DNA from: Octopus vulgaris
Lineage: Eukaryota
DNA length: 64,000 nt
NCBI GenBank assembly: GCA_951406725.2
Contig: OX597821.1
Span: 93,248,001 to 93,312,000 of the forward strand
Direction of reading: 5' to 3'
This document shows, in pieces, positions 53,616-64,000 of this stretch. How positions within the stretch are numbered: position 1 is the first letter of the stretch; each line of letters starts with the position of its first letter. Under the pieces are notes generated by a model, which was given only the letters and a program-made list of their open reading frames with translations, did not search any database and was not told where the DNA came from. The position numbers and the translations under genes were made by a program.

Positions 53616-53915
53616 ATAGGCACAGGAGTTCAGTTCCACTGCACGGCACCTTGGGTGTTTTCTACTATAGCCTTCGACCGACCAAAGCCTTGTGAGTGGA
53701 TTTGGTAGATGGAAACTGAAAGAAGCCATCGTATATATATTTATATGTATATATATGTGCGTCTGTGTTTGTCCCCCCCAACATCGCTGGTGTTTACGTC
53801 TCCTTAACTTTGTGAGACTAATAGAATAAGTAGTAGGCTTACATAGAATAAGCCCTGGAGTCGATTTGCTCGACTAAAGGCTACATCAAATGACTAAAAC
53901 AAGTAAAAGAGAGTA
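53616..53915 (+). mobile_element. SINE family A with internal deletions
   Basis: Partial consensus match. Confidence 0.8.
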
Positions 53916-53944
53916 AAACAAAAAAACAAGCTTCAGAATATAAA

Positions 53945-54260
53945 GATTTATAAGGTATGAGTCCGTATCACAGGACTATTGATTGTGAAGTGTCTAACAC
54001 CAAAGCATTTAACACATGGTGACCTTGAATTCTTAACTGTTGGTAGATACCATGAAGTAAGCACATCATACCATTGTAGGCAGTTATAAGCAATGTGTAA
54101 GGAAATAGTATTTTGTTTACTTATAGGATTCAAATCTTTACAAGGGTTTGGAGTAGATAGCATGAACTTAGCCTTGTGTATTATTCTTTGAAAATTACAT
54201 AGATTTTCTAACACAAACTCTAACAGAGAACCATGCTTGTACATTAAGTACCAACACATT
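53945..54260 (-). mobile_element. Probable old CR1/L2-type LINE 3' ORF remnant
   Basis: Weak resemblance of the minus-strand peptide (..PNP..PTVKNSRSP..) to the CR1 C-terminus. Confidence 0.3.
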
Positions 54261-54456
54261 GCTGAGTTTTTGATTATGCCAGTAATTCAACCAACACACA
54301 ACCAACCAACCTCACTGCTATAACTAGCACTCAAATCACAACAGCTGCCACTATTCCATTACTGCATACAACCACTAAAACAATTCATGTTGCTGTAACC
54401 TGTACAATGCCGAGACAAAAACCATCACATGGCCATACAAAATGGTGTTGCAAAAA

Positions 54457-54574
54457 GCCAGTGGGCATATCACGTTGAAAGTACCGGTTCTCGTCCGATC
54501 ACCGAAGTTAAGCAACATCGAGCCTAGTTAGTACTTAGATGGGTGACTGCTTGGGAAACCTTGGTGCTGTAAGC
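54457..54574 (+). pseudogene. 5S rRNA-derived sequence (head of a candidate SINE3 extending to ~54640)
   Basis: CATATCACGTTGAAAGTACCGGTTCTCGTCCGATCACCGAAGTTAAGCAACATCGAGCCTAGTTAGTACTTAGATGGGTGACTGCTTGGGAAACCTTGGTGCTGTAAGC, 118 nt overall, with A- and C-boxes; the 5' end is diverged. Confidence 0.9.
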
Positions 54575-55016
54575 ATTTTATAAAAAATGGCAGTGCCCCA
54601 GCATGGCCACAGCTCGTGAGCTGAAACTAGATAAAATAAAATTTGAAAAATAAAAAATATTGAAGAATAATAAATAGCAACAGCAATATACCATTTGGTA
54701 TAAATATACCTTTTGGTATTAATCCTGGCTTTAGTCGATATCAATTATTTTTAATAAGCCCTTTTTATATTAGTAGACCTTTTGATATTAACACTGTTTC
54801 TGTTGCTATTAATTGCTTTCTAACTCCACTGGCTATTTCTCACACCTGAATAGACACTGAGATTTAATATATATATCACTGACAAAGAAATCGCTGCTAT
54901 CTCTAGTTGTGGACATCTACCATTGACAAGGCCAAGGAAGGCTGGTATCACACGATCTATTAGTTCCAAGCGCAGTAGCAGACAATTATCTCCTGCTGGC
55001 AATACAAGCACATGTA

Positions 55017-55194
55017 TTAGCAAACGCCAGAACGTAAGTGAGCAAAATGAAGGCAAAGATATAAAATATAGATTAATCACAAACTAGGTTTCGTTGTTAA
55101 TGCTTACGTAATCATTTACGTAATTATCCACAACTCGTCAGTGTGATCGTCTTTGCAAATATAAATTGCAGAACTATGCACAAGACGTCTGCAT
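55017..55194. repeat. ~178-bp direct repeat, copy 1
   Basis: Nearly identical to 57062-57239 (offset 2045 bp). Confidence 0.95.
55070..55152 (-). ncRNA. Type I hammerhead ribozyme (predicted), copy 1
   Basis: Minus strand: AUCACA-CUGACGA-GUUGU[GGAUAAUUACGUAAAUGAUUACGUAAGCAUUA]ACAAC-GAAA-C-CUA-G-UU^UGUGAU. Conserved core, 6-bp stem I, 5-bp stem II base and short stem III. Confidence 0.8.
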
Positions 55195-55314
55195 ATTCAC
55201 CACAAGTCCATACGTGAGGTTCTCTTGTTGTAAGTAAAGCAGTATTCTGTGTTCCAACACAACATCCACTTTTAAGTAGTGATAAATATTTCCTGCTTCA
55301 TATCTCTTGAAGTA

Positions 55315-55565
55315 TCTTTTATCTTCTACTTGTTTCAGTCATTGGACTATGGCCATGCTGGGGCACCACCTTCAAGAATTTAGTTGACTGAATCAACCCC
55401 AGTACTTGATTTGTTTTCTTTCTTTTTAATCTGGTACTTATTCTATTGGTTTCTTTTTGCTGAGCCACTAAGTTATAGAGAGACAAACACACCACCAGCA
55501 GTTATCAAACAGTGCTAGAGTACAGCTACAAAGACATACACACACACATGCACACATACATATAT
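55315..55565 (-). mobile_element. SINE family A (older variant) 3' half; likely matching 5' half at ~57352-57465
   Basis: The tail-side consensus ends in the internal microsatellite; the head-side consensus resumes after (TA)n at 57352. Confidence 0.7.
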
Positions 55566-55567
55566 TT

Positions 55568-56670
55568 ACAAGGGAGAGTCAAAAATTATATGCACTCTTG
55601 TTTTTCCCATGTCTCCTCACAAAAGCAGGGGATAAATAAGTACGTTATTTCTCTATATACTTTCCTTCCTTTTCGATGTACTTGGTCCAATGGTCCACAA
55701 GTGTATGTATTCCCTCCAAGAAGAAGGTTTTCGGTTGGTCATGCAACTACTTATGCACTGCTTCCTTCACATCTTCATCAGTAGGAAATCAGCAACCTTG
55801 TAAACCATTTTTGACTAATCCAGAGTTATGATAATCAGAAGGGGCAAAATCTGGGCTGTAGGCAGGGTGATCCAGCACTGAAGAAAGGCTGAAGACGCTC
55901 GACCTTTATTCTCTAGAAAAACGACCACGTGTGGTGATCTCATTCTTGCTCACAACATCATAAGCGGAAAGTGTAACCTCTCGAAAGAGCTGTTCTTCAC
56001 TCCTGCTCCAGAGCGTCGGCTGTGGGGTCACTCTGAAAAGCTCTATCTGCAACGATTTCATCTCAATCGAAGGAGAGGGGCTTCCTCCGTCCAGGTTGCG
56101 GATCCGTGGAATAAGCTGCTGGATGAGATGGGGAAGATGCCGACGACCACTCGGTTCAAAGTCTCCCTTGACCTCAAGTGGCCTGAACTCTTTACATGAA
56201 CACCACCCTGTACATAACTCTATGTCCCCCTACATGGTCTTGCTTTTTGCTTTTTGAGCCAAAAATTAACCAACTTCAAAACCCAGTCGGTTAATGGTTT
56301 CAATGGTTTGGGCAGCAGTATTTGGGCATGCATTGTCATACAACAACAAAACTTTCTTTGACAATAGGCTTCAGGAATTGGTGCAAATTGCTGACTTCAG
56401 CTTGTTGGCACTGTATCTTGCACTGTTGATCATACACCCCTTTTCCAGAGAAATCAGATCACTGCTCTTTGTTTTTTTTTTTTGGTGGTGCACATTGCTA
56501 GGGGATCATCCATACTTACACTGTAAAGCCAGAGAAAAAATGGCATGATAAGGTTCAAACTTTGATCACATGAACACAATAGTACCAACTATAAGCATGC
56601 ATGCAGTGTGATAATAATAAAGATATGTCATGGTGAAAGTGCAGATAATTTTTTATTTCTCCTTGTGTAT
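55568..56670 (-). mobile_element. Degenerate, internally deleted mariner with a nested CR1 fragment
   Basis: TIR-like ends TACAAGGGAGAGTCAAAAATTATATGCAC / GTGCAGATAATTTTTTATTTCTCCTTG; minus-strand YSPDFAPSDY, RWxKxI-like and DNACP remnants. Confidence 0.7.
55878..56277 (+). mobile_element. CR1-clade LINE 3' fragment
   Basis: EERLKTLDLYSLEKR..GDLILAHNII..GHSEKL..SVQVADPWNKL..FKVSLD, the canonical CR1 C-terminus. Confidence 0.85.
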
Positions 56671-56679
56671 ATATATACA

Positions 56680-56965
56680 TCATCATCATCATCATCATTA
56701 TTAAGCGTCCGCTTTCCATGCTAGCATAGGTTGGATGGTTCAACTGGGGTCTGTGAAGCCAGAAGGCTGCATCAGGCCCAGTCTGATCTGGCAGTGTTTC
56801 TACGGCTGGATGCCCTTCCTAATGCCAACCACTCCATGAGTGTAGTGGGTGCTTTTTACGTGCCACCCGCACAGGTGCCAGACGGAGCTGGCAGACGGCC
56901 ACGGACGGATGGTGCTTTTTATGTGCCACCGGCACGGGGGCCAGGCGAGGCTGGCAATGGCCCAT
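56680..56965 (-). mobile_element. SINE-like family D with about two tandem units
   Basis: Consensus match to the copies at 5820 and 44508. Confidence 0.8.
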
Positions 56966-57061
56966 ATATATAAAAGGGATGACCTGTAAGTGGACATCCA
57001 TTATGCTAGAAGAAGATCCGCTATGGTCTTACCACTAATAAAAGAAAGTTCTCAAGAAAAT

Positions 57062-57239
57062 TTAGCAAACGCCAGAACGTAAGCGAGCAAGACAGATGAA
57101 AAGATATAAAATATAGATTAATCACAAACTAGGTTTCGTTATTAATGCTTACGTAATCATTTACGTAATTATCCACAACTCGTCAGTGTGATCGTCTTCG
57201 CAAATATAATTTGCAGAACTATACACAAGACGTCTGCAT
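57062..57239. repeat. ~178-bp direct repeat, copy 2
   Basis: Nearly identical to 55017-55194. Confidence 0.95.
57115..57197 (-). ncRNA. Type I hammerhead ribozyme (predicted), copy 2
   Basis: Same core as copy 1; the only difference seen within the motif turns a stem II G-C pair into G-U (ACAAC to AUAAC). Confidence 0.8.
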
Positions 57240-59190
57240 GAGATAGAACATGTATACAGTTCCACCAATTACAATTGGGGTCACTTTTTAAAAGCCTTCG
57301 TTTTGGTGCACCAAACTAATTCTCTGCAGTGAATTTTGCCAGTTAGAGAACATATATATATACGATGGACTTCTTTCAGTTTCTGTCTACCAAATCCATT
57401 TACAAGGTTTTGGTTAGTCTGAGGTTATTGTAGAAGAGACACTAGCCCATGATGCCACACAGTGGCAGTAAAGTTTGCTCTAGCAGAACATCCATGTTTA
57501 AGTGGGAATAAATATTACCAGCTTGATAATGACAATGCTATTTTATTAAATTCTTCCTTATTTCTAAAACTAAGCGAAACGAAGGCAGTGTATTTCAATA
57601 GAAATATGGTTATGAAAGGGTTAAAGATAATATTCCACTGCTTATAATGATATAATGTATCTGTCCATGGTACCTGTTTACATTGAAATGAGTCTGGCTG
57701 GCTGGCTGGCTGGCAAGACTGTCATAATAATGTACATTGTATAAGTGATGGAGAAGATACGAAGCATCAGTGTCTGGGAAGAAGGGGGAAACCCTATCAC
57801 TAAGTCGATCAAACAATATAAAAACTAATTTCATGGTGAGAAAACAACAACAATAACAACAACAGTGGTAACTCTTCAAATTAACTACACTAAGCCAAAA
57901 GGGTAAGAACAAAACAGAAAAAGAACAAATCGGGAAAAATAAAATTACAGAAAACAAAAACCAGTTTATGACATTTAAATCCCATAAATCAATTATATCA
58001 GAGATACCCAAGAACTGTTAATGTCTGAACAAATCAGGAGAAGTACTGATGGCTTCTGGTTGAACATTAAAAATTCAAGTAGTGGGAGGTATTTGTTTAT
58101 TTATTTTTAAATGACAGATATGGCCTGATTAGCTGAACAGAAAAAAAAATGTAAAACAATGCAAACAACGACAATAATAATAATAATAATAGTAACAATA
58201 ATAACAGCAACAACAATGAAATGGAAAAAGACTCTAGAGAGAAAAAAAAACATAAAATAAAATCTTGATAAAAACCCCAGGGAGGTGGGGTGAAATTAAC
58301 ACAAAAAAAAATGAAAATTAATGTGGATTTATGACAGCTTGAGAAAAAAGATCTTTAAAATGATTTATTATTATTATAATTATTATTAGAATAATAATTT
58401 TTTAAACGTTATTGTGGCAATTATTGGAGAGAGATACAGACAGACACAGACCAAGATAAGCTTTCAGTAAGCAATGTTTTTGACCTGGTTTCAATCCTTA
58501 GCTGTAAACATTTGTCTTTGCTTACGTTGCCAACATCCTTGAAATGGAATGAATGCTACAGTTTCCCATTTCCATTTTCCTTTTTTTAAAAAAAGATCAA
58601 TATTATCATCACTATTGTTATTACCAGTATAGTATTGCACTGATTGCTTTTATTGTTTCAAATCGCATTTGCAGTGACTGTCTTTCATCTGTTTAAGGTC
58701 AATAAGATTTACAATGCTGTCTATTCTGCTAAATTAACCTCTGCACCAAGGCTAATAAAACAAATAATACCATGTTAAATGTGCATGCAAGCATACATGT
58801 GCATGCACATACATGCATCTCTGATTAGGTTACATAACTGGAAGAAAAATGTTTAAGCCAATATTAATCAGAAGCAATGCAGCAAGCTGGCAGAATCATT
58901 AGCACACTGGACAAAATGCCTAACAGCATTTCATCCGTCTTTATATTCTGAGTTCAAATTCCACCAAGGTTGACTTTGCCTTTCATTTTTCTGCTGTCAA
59001 TAGAATAAGTACCAGCTGAGTTCTGGGGTCGATGTAATTGATTTACCTCCTTCTCTGAAATTGCTGGCCAAAATTTGAAAGTGATATTAACCATAAAGTT
59101 AAACGGAAAAGCATGAAATATTTCCTCTATAGATATGACCAATATTTGAATGTATTTGATACTGCTAACCATCATTATTGTAACAAACAT

Positions 59191-59770
59191 AAGGCGGCGA
59201 GCCGGCAAAATCGTTAGCATGCTGGGCAAAATGCTTAATGGTATTTCGTCTGCCGCTATGTTCTGAGTTCAAATTCCGCCGAGGTCGACTTTGCCTTTCA
59301 TCCTTTCGGGGTCGATTAAATAAGTACCAGTTACGCACTAGGATCGATGTAATCGACTTAACCCATTTGTCTGTACTTGTTTGTCCTCTCTGTGTTTAGC
59401 CCCACTGTGGGTAATAAAGAAATAAATATTTCACCTGGCGCTATGTTCTGAGTTCAAATCCTGCCAAGCTCAACTTTGCCTTTCATCCTTTCGGGTCGAT
59501 TAAATCCAGTTATGCACTGGGGTTAATATAATCGACTTAATCCATTTGTCTGTCCTTGTTTGTCCTCTCTGTGTTTAGCCCCACTGTGGGCAATAAAGAA
59601 ATAAATATTTAACCTGGTGCTACGTTCTGAGTTCAAATCCTGCCAAGGTCAACTTTGCCCTTCATCCTTTCAGGGTTGGTAAAATAAGTACCAGTGAAAC
59701 ACTGGGGTCAATGTAGTCGACTAGTCCCCTCCCCAAAAATTTCGGGCCTTGTGCCTACAGTAGAAAGGAT
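59191..59770 (+). mobile_element. SINE family B tandem array (one full unit plus two 5'-truncated units); further degenerate copies at ~58880-59090, 60080-60245 (-) and 63720-63930
   Basis: Repeated GTTCTGAGTTCAAAT...GCCTTTCATCCTTTC...AATAAAGAAATAAATATTT junctions, ~180-bp period. Confidence 0.85.
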
Positions 59771-60249
59771 CATTGGAAGGAGAAAAACTTTTCAGTATAT
59801 ATCTTCATTATTATTGACATCATCATTGTCATCGTTTCACATGTTTTCCATGCTGGCATGAGTTGAAACAACATGTAAAGGACAGAATTAGATTGGATTA
59901 CATTGGACTGGATTCAGTCCACTGCAGGACAAGACCTCAGTAGGGTCTTTCCACCAACTACAGTCCAATGTGACAGTCATAAATTTGAGCTTGAGATCAT
60001 ACTGGTTCGATGAGCCTGCTCTGCCAGGCTGGCTTTGACATGCAGAGGAGTGCAGTTTTTATGCTCTTATCAAGGAGTAGTTAAGTCGATTACATTAATC
60101 CCAGTGTTCAAATGGTACTTAATTAATCGACCCCCCAAACTAATTAAAGCATACTTGATCTCGGTGAAATTTGAACTCAGAATGTAAGGACAGACAAAAT
60201 ATCACTAAGCATTTCACCCAGCATGCTAACAATTCTGCCAGCTTGCAGG

Positions 60250-60630
60250 TGAGGCCCAGTTAGAATTTTCTTCAGCTCAAGTAGCCCATCCTGTTCAAAA
60301 TGTCCCTGAATAAGGTTTGTTTAAAGATATTGAACGAATCACACTTCTTTCCAGAGATGAATTATTCAAACACCAAAGAATTCCTCTCAACACATAGCTA
60401 TGATGCTCCCCCACTACTTCCACTCATGATCGGAGATGCACATATCGTCAGCCACTAAGGGACAGGCTCAAATGGTTAAGATCAAACAACTGACAAGCAA
60501 ATCTGTGGTATTGAGCAGAAAATATTTGCTGTAGCCCATCTTTTATACCAAGACAAAACAATGTACATGATATCACTTCCAATCAGTTAAGATCAGAAGC
60601 CACTGCCTGGTACTGCAACTGGGCATTTAT
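60250..60630. repeat. Dispersed repeat adjoining (TAA)n; second copy at 63435-63690
   Basis: CTCTCAACACAT..CTATGATGCTCCCCCACTACTTCCACTCATGATC.GAGATGCACATATC.TCAGCCACTAAGGGACA.. is shared. Confidence 0.8.
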
Positions 60631-60643
60631 AATAATAATAATA

Positions 60644-60679
<36 letters not shown>

Positions 60680-61964
60680 TCATTCGTTGAGGCAGATGAC
60701 ATAAAGTACTAGGGAAAAACAGGGGTCAGTTTCATTAACAGAATCCCACTGAAAACTCTGTGGGCCTTGAACTTTCACTTGAAAACATTGAACAATTTAG
60801 CAGAATAAATTCTGCCAATAAATTCTGAGTTCAAATCTTGTCAGCATTTCCTCCTTTTCTTGTTTAATAAAATAAGCACCAATAATTAGTAATGGCAACC
60901 AAATAAGTACCAATAATTAATAATAGCAACAAAAATGTTCTGATGAGCCTATGTAAGTAATTATTAATATCATAATCGTCATTGCCATCATCGTTTCCCA
61001 TTCGTTGTCCAAGCTTGCATGGTTGGATGGGTTGACAGGATCCAGTAATCCGCAGGACTACGTCTTGCTCCAGTGTCTCAGTTTCCACACAGTTTTCTAC
61101 AGCTGGGTGACCTTCCTAATGCTGACCATTTTACAGAATATACTAGGTGCTTGTTTCGTGGCACCAGCACTAGTAAGGTTACCCAATAATTCACAAGACT
61201 AAAATGTCCCCTAAACTGAGAAAGGTGACTTTGGCAAAATGTTCAGGTGTGTTTAAAGTATGATATAGAAAAAGAACAGGAACAGGTTTATTGTTTTGGA
61301 GATAATTCAACCCAGCAAAAATCAGCAACGTCCCTAGTCAAAAGAAATATTTATTTTTAAGGCCACACTTCAGTTTTTTTTTCAGTTTTTTTTTGAGCAA
61401 TTTGTATTTTGTTTGTTAGTTTTAATGCAATAAATCAATAGTATTTTCTGTATTCATTTTATTCTTTTATCTGCCAAACCCTCTTTCTCCCTTTCTTATG
61501 GAGTTTTGATGTTCAGTTAAAAATTAATTGTACATTGAAGTTATGGAACTGTTCCCTCTTCATTAAAATACTTGAAATTATTTGGATATTGTAGTTGTTG
61601 TTGTTGTTGTTGCTGTTGTAACTATTGTTATAGCTTTTTTTATTCGTTATTGTCATTATTTCCTTGATCTTGATCTTGATGTTGTTGTTATTATTCATAT
61701 CAGAGTGGATATAGTAGTTACTATACTATATCATTCTCACTATTAGGACCTCTCCTTCCGTTTATTTTTGTTTGTCCTTTTTTTTGTTTTTGCATACTTT
61801 TGTTTTTCATGGCTGTTCTGTTTTGTATTATAGTATTTTTTTTTGATTTTTCCTTCATTATATTTTTTCCATAATTGATTCTACAAAACACCCCACCATT
61901 ATTTTAATTTGTCCCTGTAATGTCTCCTCATTTTCTCCACCACCTTTACGGCAAGTAAAGAATT

Positions 61965-61966
61965 TA

Positions 61967-62015
<49 letters not shown>

Positions 62016-62065
62016 CATTATAATTATTATTATTATCATCATCATTATTATTATTACTATCATCA

Positions 62066-62102
<37 letters not shown>

Positions 62103-62893
62103 CATTATAATTATTATTATTATCATCATCATTATTATTATTACTATCATTATTATTATTATTATTATTATTGTTGTTGTTGTTGTTGTTATTGATGTTG
62201 TTATTATATGTTTATTATTATTATTGTTGTTGTTGTTATTATCATCATCATCATTATTATTATTACTATCATTATTATCGTTGTTGTTGTTGTTGTCATT
62301 GTTATTGTTGTTGTTATCATCATCATCACCAATACCATTATTATTCGAAAATGTTAGGCATTATTATTATTATTGTTGTTGTTGCTGCTAGTTTTTTTAA
62401 AAAATAAATTTTACTGCTTATCAGCATTGCCACCATTGTTCTTCTTCCGTATTGTTGCTTGTTGTTGTTGTTGTTGTTATTGTTGTTGTTGTGAAGTGAG
62501 TGTTAATATTGTTGCTATTGTATTGGTTTGCAATTATTGTTGTATAGGCTGCATAGTTGTTCTAGTGTCGATAACTGGTGGAGGTGATGGCGCAGTGTTG
62601 CTTGAAGTCGCCATTGTTTTGGGTTTTTTTGTGTGTTGTTATTACACAGTTATTGTTACTGTTGTGATTCTTATCTTTAATGGTGTTTTATTATTACAAT
62701 TTTTGAAAGCACTATTTTACTACTAAAACAACAACTACTACTACTACGACTACTACTACTGATATTATTATCATTATTATCCTTATCAGTGAGTGTACTA
62801 CTTCTACTACTACTACTACTACTACTATTATTATTATTATTATTATTATAATTATTATTATTATTATCATTATTTTTATTATCATTATTATTA

Positions 62894-62963
<70 letters not shown>

Positions 62964-63019
62964 CATTATTATCATCATTATTATTATTATTATTATCATT
63001 ATTATTATTATTATTATTA

Positions 63020-63115
<96 letters not shown>
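61965..63115. repeat. (ATT)n/(GTT)n/(ACT)n trinucleotide arrays
   Basis: Directly visible. Confidence 0.95.
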
Positions 63116-63117
<2 letters not shown>

Positions 63118-63335
63118 TAGTTTTATTTTTATAGCGTGCTTTCACTTCACTACCGAGCGCAGCTCTCTGTGCCTTGGGTATGTGCTGTGGTTTGCTGTGA
63201 TGCTCTTATGGTTACTGTATTGAAAGTGTTTTGCGTAGGATGTGTGCAGTGCCCAGTAGTGCAATTTTCTGTATGTTATATATATTTCTATGTCCTGGTG
63301 TTTTTGTTATGTATTTGTCTGAATATTTTTTTATC
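63115..63335 (-). mobile_element. Third REL-endonuclease LINE 3' terminus in (TAA)n
   Basis: Minus strand IKKYSDKYITKTPG..NIQKIALLGTAHILRKTLS* with a short 3' UTR, flanked by (ATT)n. Confidence 0.8.
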
Positions 63336-63356
63336 ATAGTTATCATCATCATCATC

Positions 63357-63411
<55 letters not shown>

Positions 63412-63434
63412 TTATTATCATTATTATTATTTAC

Positions 63435-63690
63435 CCAGAGGTGAATTATTCAAAACCCAAAGAAACCCTCTCAACACATGTCTATGATGCTCCCCCACTA
63501 CTTCCACTCATGATCAGAGATGCACATATCATCAGCCACTAAGGGACATGCTCAACTGGTTAAGGTCAAACAACTGACAAGGAAATCTGTGGTATTGAGC
63601 AGAATATTTGCTGTAGCCCATCTTTTATACCAAGACAAAACAATGTACATTTTCGGTCAGTTAAGATCAGAAGCCATGAGAGCCAGTGCC
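63435..63690. repeat. Second copy of the repeat at 60250-60630
   Basis: Visible alignment. Confidence 0.8.
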
Positions 63691-64000
63691 TGTATTGTTG
63701 TTGTTATTGTTAAAACGGTAAACTGGGAGAATTGTTAGCATGCTGGACAAAATGCTTAGCAACAATTCTCCCACATTTGTTCTTACATTCTGACTTCAAA
63801 TTCTGATAAGTTGACATTGCCTTTCATCCTTTTTCAAGTTCGATAAAGTACTAATTGAGCACTGGGGTCGATGTAATTGATTATTATCTCCTTTCCCTAA
63901 AATTTCAGACCTTACACCAAAATTTGAAACCATTATCCTTATTATTATTATTGAGTGAGAGAGCAGTGCATGCCATCAAAGTGATGCTGGGATATGAATA

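Noticed and set aside
54457-54574. Functional 5S rRNA gene
   Set aside because: Isolated copy, diverged 5' end that disrupts helix I, and a retroposon-type tail.
57745-57840. Possible exon ending ATG|GTGAGA
   Set aside because: No credible acceptor or polypyrimidine tract; unrecognisable peptide.
60938-60970. CTGATGAG as a hammerhead core
   Set aside because: No stem II or GAAA downstream.

Overview
AT-rich, microsatellite-saturated, non-genic eukaryotic DNA. From the SINE families, the mollusc-type 5S sequence and the (TA)n/(ATT)n/(GATA)n load I infer a coleoid cephalopod, most likely Octopus; no database was searched. No intact host protein-coding gene can be supported, and most ORFs in the track are translated microsatellites. 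The window holds many decayed, often nested mobile elements: a full-length defective mariner inside an R4/Dong-type LINE, a Penelope-like RT plus GIY-YIG element, an RTE LINE with a 5' inversion, an ORF1-only L1/Tx1-like element, CR1 and REL-endonuclease 3' ends, piggyBac, mariner and Helentron-like non-autonomous elements, at least four SINE families (many with clear TSDs) and two 5S rRNA-derived copies. The strongest unannotated signal is a pair of ~178-bp direct repeats (55017-55194 and 57062-57239), each carrying a complete type I hammerhead ribozyme core on the minus strand. Other points of interest are a 5S-headed SINE3 candidate whose 3' stem-loop covaries with that of a tRNA-SINE, fixed-junction 184-bp SINE multimers at separate loci, (TA)n-embedded fold-back elements and a candidate recursive splice site. 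Coordinates of degenerate elements are approximate.
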